Part shown: positions 38,472 to 47,570 of the stretch, in pieces
How positions within the stretch are numbered: the stretch's first letter is position 1
How the letters are laid out: each line of letters begins with the position of its first letter
Translations under genes and position numbers: made by a program
Notes under the pieces: generated by a model
What the model was told of the DNA's origin: nothing
Seen by the model: only the letters and a program-made list of their open reading frames with translations
Database searches by the model: none
NCBI GenBank assembly: GCA_963678065.2
Contig: CAXXVZ010000005.1
Location: 384,001 to 448,000 of the forward strand
Length of the DNA: 64,000 nucleotides
Source of the DNA: Treponemataceae bacterium
GTDB taxonomy: Bacteria > Spirochaetota > Spirochaetia > Treponematales > Rectinemataceae
Direction of reading: 5' to 3'

Positions 38472-38591
38472 GGCATTATCCCTCTTGTGAAGTGATAATA
38501 TTGCATATATTATCACTTCACAAGAGGATATTTTCAGTATCCATGATGAAAATTTCTCCCGCGTTAGCGATCGCAGAGAGTAGACCGGAAG

Positions 38592-38625
38592 CGTGCGAGG
38601 CCCCGGATTGCCGGGGCCTCGCACG
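38592..38625. terminator. Perfect 15-bp hairpin downstream of aor
   Basis: CGTGCGAGGCCCCGG-ATTG-CCGGGGCCTCGCACG; no clear U-tract. Confidence 0.55.
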
Positions 38626-38654
38626 GTGAGGACTACTCGCGAAGAGAGCGACCG

Positions 38655-38686
38655 CATGAACGTGGCGTGGCGACGCCACGTTCATG
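38655..38686. repeat. Second perfect 14-bp hairpin downstream of aor
   Basis: CATGAACGTGGCGT-GGCG-ACGCCACGTTCATG. Confidence 0.8.
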
Positions 38687-38716
38687 GGGAAACGCCCATT
38701 CATGTGGTAGAAAGCT

Positions 38717-41047
38717 TTACAGGTTCGCTTTCACGACTTCGAGGACTTCCGGCAGGTCCATGCCGATCCCGGCGAGGTGTTCGGGGGTCGGGATGCCGTC
38801 GGAGGTCCAGCCGCGGCGCTTGTAGACGGCGTCGACGAGGCTCTCGTAGCGGTCCATGCGATAGGCGCGGTGGGCGGCGATCTTCTGGGTCAGGGTCATG
38901 GCTGCGGGATCGAGGCCCATCTTGTCGCGGATCTGGCCGTCGTAGCGCTCGGCGCGGGAGAGGTACTCCTCCTCGGTTACGGGGCCCATGGCGCGGTAGG
39001 GCGGGTAGTCGTCGATGCGCCGTCCGTGGCCCATCCGGAGGTTGAAGACGCGCTGGAAGTTGTAGACGCGCTCGGACTGGCGGATGAGTTCGGGCCAGGC
39101 CAGAGGCTCGCCTGAGATGGCGGTGTAGAGTTCGCGGTAGTTGTCGACGTGCTCGGGAACCTTGTTGGGCTCCTGCCAGCGGGAGTTGTCGCCCGGCTCG
39201 ATGTCGTTCCAGGGGAGTTTGCAAAGGCCCTGGAGGCCGAACCAGGTGCGGAACATGGGGAAGTAGTGCAGAGCCTCGGCCTTGTTCTCGAAGCTGGGGA
39301 TGCGGTTGTTCACCATGTCCATGAAGATGAGCCAGGCTTCGTCGTGCTGGGGGCCCTTGTTGGTGAGGTAGTAGCCGCCCTGCTGTGCCAGGGATTCCTT
39401 GGAGATGTACTGGCTCTGCTCGAGGCCTTTGCCCTGCAGGGCGATGTCTTTCATGAACTGCGGATCGGCGCCGTACTCGCGCGCCATGTATCCGGCGAGG
39501 AAGCGGCAGCCCTTTCCGGCGAGGACGCCGAAGGGCCGGCCGTCGGCCATGGCGTGCAGGAGCTCGCAGGCGCCGCGCCAGTTGCCCCAGGCCAGATCGA
39601 TTCCGCCCGTGCGCTCGAGGTTGAGGATGCCGTTCTCCCAGCACTCCATGAGGAAGCTCGTGATGGTGCCGAAGCTGATGGTGTCGACGCCGTAGGTGTC
39701 GCAGTAGAAGTTGATTTCGAGGATGCCGTGGGGGTCCCATATGGCGAGGTTGGAGCCGCAGCCGGCGGCTGTCTCGTACTCGGGGCCGTCGACGCAGACC
39801 CGCTGACCGGCGTAGGGACCGGTTTCCAGGAGGAATTTGTCCACGGCGTGGGCGCAGGCGAGGGTGCAGCCGTACCAGCAGCCGTCGGGAAGGTTTTGGG
39901 AGAAGAGTTTTTCCCAGACCCAGGAGGCGAGTTCGGGGCCTCTGGGGTCCTGGCCGAACTTGTGGTTCTTGGTGGGCAACAGGTCGTAGTCGTTCATGAC
40001 CTCCATGAGGTGGGCCGTGCCCTGCTTGCGCATCTTGCACTGCCTGTCGTCGAGCTGGACGATCTCGCGGTGGAGTTTGAGGCCGATGCGCTGGACTGCC
40101 GCCGGGTCGGCCGCGGCGTTGGAGTCCTGCTTCACGCCTTCGTAGCGGCAGACGAGGGCCTTGATCTTCTTGTCGCGGAGGACAGAGCCGATGCCGCCGC
40201 GCCCTGCCTGTTTGACGCGGATGCCGGCGCGGCGCTTGTCGTAGAGCGAGAAGTTGAGGACGCCGAGGGGGGTGTTTTCGGCGCCGCGGCCCGCTGAGAC
40301 GCAGGCGATGGAGTGGAGTTGGGCTTCAGTCGGGGCAGCCCGGACTGCGCCCGGGGCCGTGGATGCCGTGGCAGAGCCGCCCCCGCCTGCGGCTGCCGCG
40401 ATCGCGCCTGCGGACAAAGCGCAGTCCGCGAAAACGCGGGTCAGCTTTTCGGCGAGGATGTGGGTGTCGGATTCGAGCCCCTCGGGAGCCGCGTAGACGC
40501 GCACTAGCCGCTCGACGCCATCGATGAAAACGACGGTCTCGCGGTCGGCCTTTCCGGAGACTTCGAGGGCGTCAAAGCCGGAGAATTTGAGGAAGGGACC
40601 GAAGTAGCCGCCGACGTTGGAGTCGATGGGGATGCCGGTCAGCGGCGAGAGACTCGTCACGAGGCTTTTGCCGGAGCCGGGGTAGTTGGTGTTGCCGCAG
40701 ACGGGGCCCATGGCTATGACAATCTCGTTCTCGGGGTCGTTCCACTTCGTGGCAGGTGTGACGGCGTCCCAGAGGAGTTTGAGGCCGAAGCCTTTGCCGC
40801 CGATGAAGCGCTTTTTCATATCCTCCGAGACGGGCTTTTCGGCGAAGGCGGGAGTGGAAGGCGGCGAGCCGAACTTGCCGGAGGGTGTGCTGCCAACGGC
40901 AGCGGACTTGCCACCGGCAGCGACCTCGCCGCCTGTGGCGGCACCGACGTCGATGGCGAGGGTCCGCATGTTGTAGCCGCGGTAGATGGGCTTTTCGTCA
41001 TATTTCCACTCGGCAAGAAGGCTGAAGTCTTTCATGGACAGGCTCAT
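38717..41047 (-). CDS. aor: Aldehyde:ferredoxin oxidoreductase family (tungstopterin) enzyme
   Basis: FIGGKG, SPLTG..DSNVGG, QAGRGGIG, CWYGCTLAC, GPEYET, CDTYGVDTIS, GLCKLPW, YKRRGW; RBS GGAGG. Confidence 0.93.
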   Translation of the reverse strand: MSLSMKDFSLLAEWKYDEKPIYRGYNMRTLAIDVGAATGGEVAAGGKSAAVGSTPSGKFGSPPSTPAFAEKPVSEDMKKRFIGGKGFGLKLLWDAVTPATKWNDPENEIVIAMGPVCGNTNYPGSGKSLVTSLSPLTGIPIDSNVGGYFGPFLKFSGFDALEVSGKADRETVVFIDGVERLVRVYAAPEGLESDTHILAEKLTRVFADCALSAGAIAAAAGGGGSATASTAPGAVRAAPTEAQLHSIACVSAGRGAENTPLGVLNFSLYDKRRAGIRVKQAGRGGIGSVLRDKKIKALVCRYEGVKQDSNAAADPAAVQRIGLKLHREIVQLDDRQCKMRKQGTAHLMEVMNDYDLLPTKNHKFGQDPRGPELASWVWEKLFSQNLPDGCWYGCTLACAHAVDKFLLETGPYAGQRVCVDGPEYETAAGCGSNLAIWDPHGILEINFYCDTYGVDTISFGTITSFLMECWENGILNLERTGGIDLAWGNWRGACELLHAMADGRPFGVLAGKGCRFLAGYMAREYGADPQFMKDIALQGKGLEQSQYISKESLAQQGGYYLTNKGPQHDEAWLIFMDMVNNRIPSFENKAEALHYFPMFRTWFGLQGLCKLPWNDIEPGDNSRWQEPNKVPEHVDNYRELYTAISGEPLAWPELIRQSERVYNFQRVFNLRMGHGRRIDDYPPYRAMGPVTEEEYLSRAERYDGQIRDKMGLDPAAMTLTQKIAAHRAYRMDRYESLVDAVYKRRGWTSDGIPTPEHLAGIGMDLPEVLEVVKANL

Positions 41048-41496
41048 GCGCGTTCCTCCCTTGTCGGATCGGCCGGCGCCGCGACCTGCGGGGCGGGGGT
41101 GGGTTCCTTTGTCGTCACTTCGAGGGCGGCCTTGGGGCAGGCCCTCGCGCAGGCGCCGCAGGAGATGCATTTGAAGGGCGTCGGATTGCCGGGGTACCAG
41201 CGCATGGCCCCGGTCGGGCAGACGGCCACGCAGGCGAGGCAGCCGACGCAGAGTTTTTTGTCGATGACGACGATGCCGTTTTTATTGACGCTGATGGCTT
41301 TGACAGGACATTCGCGCAGGCAGGCGCGACATTCCTGGTCGCAGGCAACGAGGTGGAAGCTGCCCGATCCGACCTCGTTGACCATGATGGTCGACTTGGC
41401 GGGGTTCTCTTCCTTGAAGTAGAGCTTCGAGCAGACCGAGGTGCAGGTCATGCAGCCGACGCACTTCGCGTCGTCGGTTTTCAGGTATCTGATCAC
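41044..41496 (-). CDS. 4Fe-4S polyferredoxin subunit of the AOR
   Basis: CVGCMTC..C, CDQEC..C..CP, CVGCLAC..CP, CISCGAC..CP; GTG start with AGGAGG; stop overlaps the aor start. Confidence 0.92.
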   Translation of the reverse strand: MIRYLKTDDAKCVGCMTCTSVCSKLYFKEENPAKSTIMVNEVGSGSFHLVACDQECRACLRECPVKAISVNKNGIVVIDKKLCVGCLACVAVCPTGAMRWYPGNPTPFKCISCGACARACPKAALEVTTKEPTPAPQVAAPADPTREERA

Positions 41497-41748
41497 GGCT
41501 TTCCATCCTCCTTGATGGGGGAATGCGGCGGGCTCACGCGCAAAGTCTGTGCCGACCGGCGGAGCGGGCCTGCGACACTTTCAGTATACGGTCTGTTTGG
41601 TTTTTCCGCAATCATGGCATACGGAACGGTATACGAACAACGCGCGAAATTGCGCGGTCCAAGGAACCGCGCCCGCACCTGCACCAGCGCCGCGGCGTCC
41701 CGGCCGACCGACTTGCGGGCCTGTGCCCCCGGCACCTATGATAAGGAT

Positions 41749-41952
41749 GTGACGATTACACTCAATTTCGAGCAGTACAGCTGGCCCGAAGATGCCCTCA
41801 CCGTCGCCGCAATCATGGAGCGCAAGCGCTGGTCCTTCCCCCTCATCATCGTCAAGGTGAACGGGACCGTCGTGCCGCGAGAAAACTGGGGCGTTCAATC
41901 CGTGAAAGACGGCGATGCGGTCGAGATGTACCACTTGGTTTCGGGCGGCTGA
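41749..41952 (+). CDS. ThiS/MoaD-family sulfur carrier protein
   Basis: 67 aa ubiquitin-like (IVKVNG..V.DGD.VE) ending in GG; GTG start. Confidence 0.85.
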   Translation: MTITLNFEQYSWPEDALTVAAIMERKRWSFPLIIVKVNGTVVPRENWGVQSVKDGDAVEMYHLVSGG

Positions 41953-42046
41953 AGAGCTTTACGCGACACTTCCCGATCCGGCGTTCTCTTCCCGCCCTGT
42001 ACCTTGACCCTGATGCCGGACCCCGCGGCCCCGGCGCAGAGTCGCC

Positions 42047-43708
42047 TCAATACATCGGAGTGATGCCGGCCCCGATCCGATAGCCGACGCCGGCCGAGAG
42101 GGCGTACTTCGTGCCCGAGTCCCTGAAGGACAGCGAAGCGGATCCGAGGAGGATGGTCCTGGCATTGGGGCTGTAGCTCGCCGTGAGACGGAGGTCGAAT
42201 CTGTGGCTGACGGGAGCCTGGGGCCCGAGCCAGTCCTGCAGATACGGCGGCTCGCCGTAGGTCGTCTGCCCAGCCTGGGAGCCGATAATCCTGTATTCGG
42301 CCGAAAGGGAGGACTCGAGCCTCCCCGCCGCCCAGGAGAGTTCGATACGGTTCAGCCACGTGTCCGGTCCGACGGGGTCGGAGAAAAACGGGGTGACGAG
42401 GGGCCAGTACTCCTCGGAAGCCGTCATGGTCTGAAGGAAGTAGCGGGTCGTGAAGGCCTCGTTCGCCTTGGAAGCCCTCCGCCTGTAGAGATAGGTCGAG
42501 GCCAGGTAACTTTCTCCTTTCAGGAAAAGACCGCCACTGCGCTCTGCCCCTTCTCCTCGCGCGAAAGGCTCTTCTCCGGGTCCCGCGGCCCCGGAACTCG
42601 CGGCTTTGGCTCCCGCGGCAGGCAAATTCTGACCGAGACGCAGCGTATGATCGCCGCGGAGCAGTGCCGGGCGCGCGATCCTGCGAGCATCCAGGATCTT
42701 CCACTCCGTCCCCGCCATGAAGCCCATCGCCGTGGGATTGGAAGTCGATCCTTCGGCCGTCGTCTGAAAATCGTCGAGGAGGGCCTCGCCGTAGATTCGC
42801 AGAGAATCGGCCGGGCGCGCGGCGAGCTCCAGGTTGATCATGACATTCGAGTTTTCCTTGTACAGATGGTGGTAGATGAGGAAGGGGCCGACGTCGCTGA
42901 AATCCACGGAATCCCCGACGATGAGGTTGAACTCGTTGACCGCCACCGAAAACCGCCTTCCGCTCCACGAGAAGCGATGTATGAAGAGGTTTTTCTGGTC
43001 CAGACCCGGTATCGTGGTCGTTGCTGTCGTGATCGTCTTCGTCCTCTGGACATTGAGGGCGACGAAGGCGTATCCGACCTTCCCCGACCCGAGCGGCAGA
43101 TCGATGGCCCCGATGGCGTGGTCGTAGTGGGGATTCTGCGGCGACACGGTGAGCGAGTACGTTCCCGCCCCCAGCCCTATCCTGCGCCGGCCCGCTGAAA
43201 CCAGCCAGTCAGCGGATCTGAGTTCGATGTAGCCCACATTCGGATAGTTGCTTCCGAACATGATGGCCGGCGAGTCGGGGGCGAGGATGAGGTTGGACCA
43301 GCCCCCATTGCCAAGGTAGGCCCCCACATCCTGGTGCAGTTCGACGGCCATAACGGCGGAGAGACCTTTCCTGCGCATGGCGAAACCCGCCGAGAGAAAG
43401 GCAGGCCTGTCCGCGAAGGCCGCGAGCTCTTCGGCTGTCATGCTGCGGTCTTTCAGGCTGAAGGAATCGCGGTTCGAGAGTTCGAAGAGCGGAAAGACAT
43501 CGAAGAAAAGTCCCGCCCCGACAGCCGAGGCGAGGGAGGAAGCGGGGGAGGAGGCGATGGCGGATGCGGCGGGGGTTCCGGCAGTGCCCGGCGGTGCCGG
43601 AGCTGGTTCCGGCACCACCGTTTCCGGGTCCGCAGTCGCCATCGGCGGCAGAAGGAAGGCCATGACGAGGATGAAAGCCGCGACAGGCTGATTTTTCTGT
43701 ATTCGCAC
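42047..43708 (-). CDS. Wzi-like outer-membrane beta-barrel, paralog 1
   Basis: Signal peptide; NYPNVGY, SAGRRRIGLG, KNLFIHRF, PFLIYHH, SNVM, IYGEALLDD, GPDT. Confidence 0.7.
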   Translation of the reverse strand: MRIQKNQPVAAFILVMAFLLPPMATADPETVVPEPAPAPPGTAGTPAASAIASSPASSLASAVGAGLFFDVFPLFELSNRDSFSLKDRSMTAEELAAFADRPAFLSAGFAMRRKGLSAVMAVELHQDVGAYLGNGGWSNLILAPDSPAIMFGSNYPNVGYIELRSADWLVSAGRRRIGLGAGTYSLTVSPQNPHYDHAIGAIDLPLGSGKVGYAFVALNVQRTKTITTATTTIPGLDQKNLFIHRFSWSGRRFSVAVNEFNLIVGDSVDFSDVGPFLIYHHLYKENSNVMINLELAARPADSLRIYGEALLDDFQTTAEGSTSNPTAMGFMAGTEWKILDARRIARPALLRGDHTLRLGQNLPAAGAKAASSGAAGPGEEPFARGEGAERSGGLFLKGESYLASTYLYRRRASKANEAFTTRYFLQTMTASEEYWPLVTPFFSDPVGPDTWLNRIELSWAAGRLESSLSAEYRIIGSQAGQTTYGEPPYLQDWLGPQAPVSHRFDLRLTASYSPNARTILLGSASLSFRDSGTKYALSAGVGYRIGAGITPMY

Positions 43709-43757
43709 TTCAGCACTCCCTGTATTTGTGGGGCTCAAGGCCCGGTATAAAGCAGAG

Positions 43758-45263
43758 CTAACGCCGGGCCCGGGCCGCGCCGATTCCGAAACGGTAGCCG
43801 AGGCCGGCCTGGATGGACATCCTGGTCTCCGACTCCCGGAACGACAGCGAGGCCCCTCCCGTGAGGACGAGGCGATCATTGGGGGCGTACAGGGCTTTCA
43901 GGACAAAATCCAGCCTCCGGGTGACCGGGTCCTGCGGGCCGAGCCAATTCTCGGCGTAGGGATACGCAAAATACAGCTGCTCCGATTCCGCCCCGAGAAT
44001 GCGGTACTCGACCGCGGCGGCCGCTTCGAAGCCGCCGCGGTCCCAGGCAAGTTCGAGGCGGTTCAGCCAGGTGTCGGGGCCGAGAGGAGAAGAGAAGAAC
44101 GGTTCCACGAGCGGGAAGCCGAGGCTCGTGCTCGTCTGGAAAAAATAGCGCGTCGTCCAGGTTTCATAGAGGCTCGAGGCGCCTCTCCGGTACAGGTAGG
44201 TCGAAGTGAGGTAGCTCTCGGCCCTGAGCCTGAGACCTCCCGGCTCATCGCCCCCTGTATCGTCGCCGGAGAGGGCGAGCGGAGGGGCAGCGAGTCTGAC
44301 TTCGTGGTCGGCGCGGAAAAATGCGGGGCGAAGGGCGCGGGCATTTTTCAGAATGCTCCACTCGGCTCCGGCCATGAAACCCATCGCGTTCGGATTAGAA
44401 CCTGATCCTTCGCCCGGTATCTGGACGTCGTCGAGGACGAACTCGCCATACAGCCTGACGGGATCGATGGGGCGGGCCTCCGCTTCGACCTCGAACATGA
44501 CATTGCTGTTCGAGTTGAAGAGATGATGGTAGACGAGAAAAGGGCCTATGTCCTGAAGGTCCAGGCTGTCGCCGACAACGAGATTGAGTTCGCCGAGGGC
44601 GAGGGAAAAGCGCTTCGTTCTCCACGTAACCCGGTGGATGAAGACGTTTTTCTTCGACAGCCCCCACCAGCGCTGCACCCCGAGGGCGGTGAAGGAGTAG
44701 CCCAGCCTGCCCGCGTAGGCGGAGGTTCCGACGGGCGCCTCCACGCGCGCGAGGGCGTGGTCGTACCAGGGATTGTCAGCCGAGACGGCGAGTCCGTAGC
44801 TGCCGGGCCCGAGGCCGATCCTTCGCCTCCCCGCCGAGACCTGCCAGCCTTCGCCCTGCGCTTCGGCGTAGCCGACCTGCGGGTAATTGTTGCCCCACAT
44901 GAGGGTCCAGGAATCGGCGGCTTTCGGCAGGTTGGACCAGGCTCCGCCCATGAGCCAGGCGCCGATGTCCTGGTGCAGATCGATCATCATGGTGGCTTGC
45001 AGCCACCCGCGACGGATGAAGAAGCCGGCCGAGAGGAAGGCCGGCCTGTCGACGAAGGCTGACAGGTCCTCCCCCGTGGGCGTGTAGCCGGCCGGAACCG
45101 CCGGCCGGTTCGTCAACTCGAAAAGCGTGAAGAGATCGCAGAAAAGACCTGCCTCGATGGCGCCCGGCGATTTCGCCCCGCCTCCCGGATCCTGCGCTCC
45201 GACCCGGAAGACGAGAGCGAGGGCGAGAAAGAGGAAGGGGCCGGCGCGCCGCTTCGATATCAC
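43758..45263 (-). CDS. Wzi-like outer-membrane beta-barrel, paralog 2
   Basis: Colinear with paralog 1 (NYPQVGY, SAGRRRIGLG, KNVFIHRV, PFLVYHH, SNVM, LYGEFVLDD, YLYRR, GPDTWLNRLEL). Confidence 0.7.
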   Translation of the reverse strand: MISKRRAGPFLFLALALVFRVGAQDPGGGAKSPGAIEAGLFCDLFTLFELTNRPAVPAGYTPTGEDLSAFVDRPAFLSAGFFIRRGWLQATMMIDLHQDIGAWLMGGAWSNLPKAADSWTLMWGNNYPQVGYAEAQGEGWQVSAGRRRIGLGPGSYGLAVSADNPWYDHALARVEAPVGTSAYAGRLGYSFTALGVQRWWGLSKKNVFIHRVTWRTKRFSLALGELNLVVGDSLDLQDIGPFLVYHHLFNSNSNVMFEVEAEARPIDPVRLYGEFVLDDVQIPGEGSGSNPNAMGFMAGAEWSILKNARALRPAFFRADHEVRLAAPPLALSGDDTGGDEPGGLRLRAESYLTSTYLYRRGASSLYETWTTRYFFQTSTSLGFPLVEPFFSSPLGPDTWLNRLELAWDRGGFEAAAAVEYRILGAESEQLYFAYPYAENWLGPQDPVTRRLDFVLKALYAPNDRLVLTGGASLSFRESETRMSIQAGLGYRFGIGAARARR

Positions 45264-45291
45264 GATTCTGTCCGCGTTTGCGTGACCCGAA

Positions 45292-46905
45292 TCAGTAGTT
45301 CCAGCGAATGCCGCCGGAATAGAGGAGGGAGTCGGCCGAAACGCCGGAAACATTGCCGTAGTTCTGCCACATCGTGTATTGGACCTTGAGCTTGGCCTCG
45401 AATCCGGCGCCGATCGGCAGGACAGCGGAGAGGCCGACGCTGTCGCTGATCTGGTCGGGCTTCGCGCGGATGACGGCGAGCTTGGCGGCGTCGTAGTCGT
45501 AGTAGATGGGAACGCCGTCGGAATCGATCATGCCCATGCTGATCGGCCCCTTGATCAGGTGCTCGTAATCGAGTCCGACCGTCATGCCCTTGGGCAAAAG
45601 GACGTTCAGCCAGGCGCCCATGTGGTCGGCGTCCGGGCCGTAGGCGAAGCCGAGGGGATAGTCGACGCCGATATAGCCGCCGTTGAGGAGGTGACGCTGG
45701 TACATGGTGAGGTAGGGCTGCCAGCGGCAGTAGGCCCACTCGCTCGTGTGCGTGTACTCGCCTCCTATCGTGACGAGAAATTTGTCGACCGGCGCGAAGG
45801 AGTAGCGGCCGCCCGCCTGCCAGGCGTCCTGGGTCGGCTTGGAATCGGCGGCCTCGTCCGGCCCCTTGATGTCGTCCAGCGTGTAGTTGCCGAAGAGCAT
45901 GAGTCCCTTGAAGGGCACGAGGGACGCGTCGAGGTTGATCATGACGTTGGAGAACCCGGCGGTGTAGGCGTTGTGCCAGAAGTTGCCCGGCATGAAGTTG
46001 AGAAGGTCGGGGGTCTTGCCTCCGATGAGGTTCATCTCGCCCAGGCCAAAACGGAAGCGGTCGAAGAAGCGCGCCTCGATCTGATGGTAGGCGAAGAACT
46101 TGGCCGCCTCCGTCGTCGTCATGTAGTCGTGGTCATTGATGGGGTCCCAGATGTACCGGGTGCCGTCGCTGTCAGTCTTGAACTGGATGTCGGCCTCGTT
46201 CTGGTACAGATGCGGTGTCGTGGAGGAGAGCATCGACATGAACCTGAGGTTCTTGCCGTGGATGACTCCCTGGATCTGGTCGTACCACTCGGCCCTGCCG
46301 TTCAGGAATGTCGAACCGAAATGTCCGTTGCCGATGCCTGTCTTGAAGCGTCCAGCGGCTATCCAGGCGTTTTCGGAGGCGGCGGAGATCCAGCTTTCCT
46401 GCGGAAATTCCCAGACCGCGATGTATTGCCTGAAAATTTCGGAGGGTTTCCACGGGGCGATGAGCGTACCCGCGGAAAAGAAATCCGGCCTCAGTTTCAG
46501 ATCCATCTTCACGAGTCCCGCGACGGAATCCCCGCCGGAGAACCGGGCGCCCAGCTCGGCGAAGGGGTCGAGGGAGTCGATGAAGAGAGGCAGAGTCGGA
46601 TCGGCGCCGGGACCGGTCGTCCACGAGGGAGTCGACGAGTTTCCGGTGACGGAAGGGTCGATGGAGAACACGAGACGGGAGCGGAATCCGGGGCCGGCAA
46701 GCTTTCCTCTGTAGCCGAAACCCGTCGCGAGTTCATGGCCGGAATAGGGGAAGGCGTTGGTGTACGGCACTTCGCCCGCGAGGATGAGGTCGGCGAAGGC
46801 CCTCTGCACTTCCGTATCCGAGGGCATGAAGAGGGCCGCGCCCTGGGCGAAGGCCAGATTGGCGACGAGCGCGAGGGCGAAGAATACGAAGGCATATCGT
46901 TTCAT
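45292..46905 (-). CDS. Wzi-like outer-membrane beta-barrel, paralog 3 (divergent)
   Basis: Signal peptide; EFPQ, AGRFKTGIG, KFFAYHQIE, SNVM, GNYTLDD, PLGFAYGPD, C-terminal IRWNY. Confidence 0.7.
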   Translation of the reverse strand: MKRYAFVFFALALVANLAFAQGAALFMPSDTEVQRAFADLILAGEVPYTNAFPYSGHELATGFGYRGKLAGPGFRSRLVFSIDPSVTGNSSTPSWTTGPGADPTLPLFIDSLDPFAELGARFSGGDSVAGLVKMDLKLRPDFFSAGTLIAPWKPSEIFRQYIAVWEFPQESWISAASENAWIAAGRFKTGIGNGHFGSTFLNGRAEWYDQIQGVIHGKNLRFMSMLSSTTPHLYQNEADIQFKTDSDGTRYIWDPINDHDYMTTTEAAKFFAYHQIEARFFDRFRFGLGEMNLIGGKTPDLLNFMPGNFWHNAYTAGFSNVMINLDASLVPFKGLMLFGNYTLDDIKGPDEAADSKPTQDAWQAGGRYSFAPVDKFLVTIGGEYTHTSEWAYCRWQPYLTMYQRHLLNGGYIGVDYPLGFAYGPDADHMGAWLNVLLPKGMTVGLDYEHLIKGPISMGMIDSDGVPIYYDYDAAKLAVIRAKPDQISDSVGLSAVLPIGAGFEAKLKVQYTMWQNYGNVSGVSADSLLYSGGIRWNY

Positions 46906-47106
46906 CGGGTTCACCTGCCAGGGTAAATTCGCAATACCCGATCATAACACAACTCCCCATACCCGGCAAACAGGTTTTCTTTTTCAAAGCCCCCCGGCAT
47001 CGATTTGAAAAACCTTCCTTCTGCGGTACATTCTATGGTGGAACGAAATGCCTGACGGTGGGAACATGAGCCCGCATGCATCGGAAAACCCTAAAGGAAG
47101 GTCGAC

Positions 47107-47532
47107 GTGAGAAAAGCTGTTGTCCTGCTGGTTCTCTTCGTGGCTGCAATTTCGATCGCCCAGGCTGATTTCCTGTGGTGGAAAACACGCGATCCCGTCA
47201 GGGACGTCGGAAAATCCGTGGGACACAGACTCACCGACGAAGAGGCGGAAATTGCGCGCTTCGGCATGACTTTCTACTGCGTAAAATTCGGCTACATCGC
47301 GGACGGAGCTTCGCTCGACGACGCGTACAGGCGGATGACCGACGACGAATATGCGTTCTCAGTGAAACAATCGGGCAAACTCTGCACGAACGGCGCGGCG
47401 AAAGGCGTTCTCAAACTGGGAAAGGTCGGGGAAAAAATCCTGAAGGCCATCATCGTGACGGCGGAGGATGCCGCCAAGGCGGCCGGCGAGTACATCGACC
47501 GGAAAGCCGAGAGCTACGACAAGCGGAAGTGA
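47107..47532 (+). CDS. Exported hypothetical protein
   Basis: GTG start with RBS; signal peptide ending AQA; helical, Lys/Ala-rich body. Confidence 0.7.
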   Translation: MRKAVVLLVLFVAAISIAQADFLWWKTRDPVRDVGKSVGHRLTDEEAEIARFGMTFYCVKFGYIADGASLDDAYRRMTDDEYAFSVKQSGKLCTNGAAKGVLKLGKVGEKILKAIIVTAEDAAKAAGEYIDRKAESYDKRK

Positions 47533-47570
47533 CATAGAAATCCTTGACTTCGTCGCGCGAGGGGGTTGCC

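Noticed and set aside
41497..41748. Moco/Wco riboswitch between the ferredoxin-aor operon and thiS/moaD
   Set aside because: No recognisable consensus; an Rfam covariance search would be needed to exclude it
46981..47011. TTTTCAAA...TTTGAAAA inverted repeat in the divergent promoter region
   Set aside because: Short and low-complexity; could be an operator but no cognate regulator is adjacent
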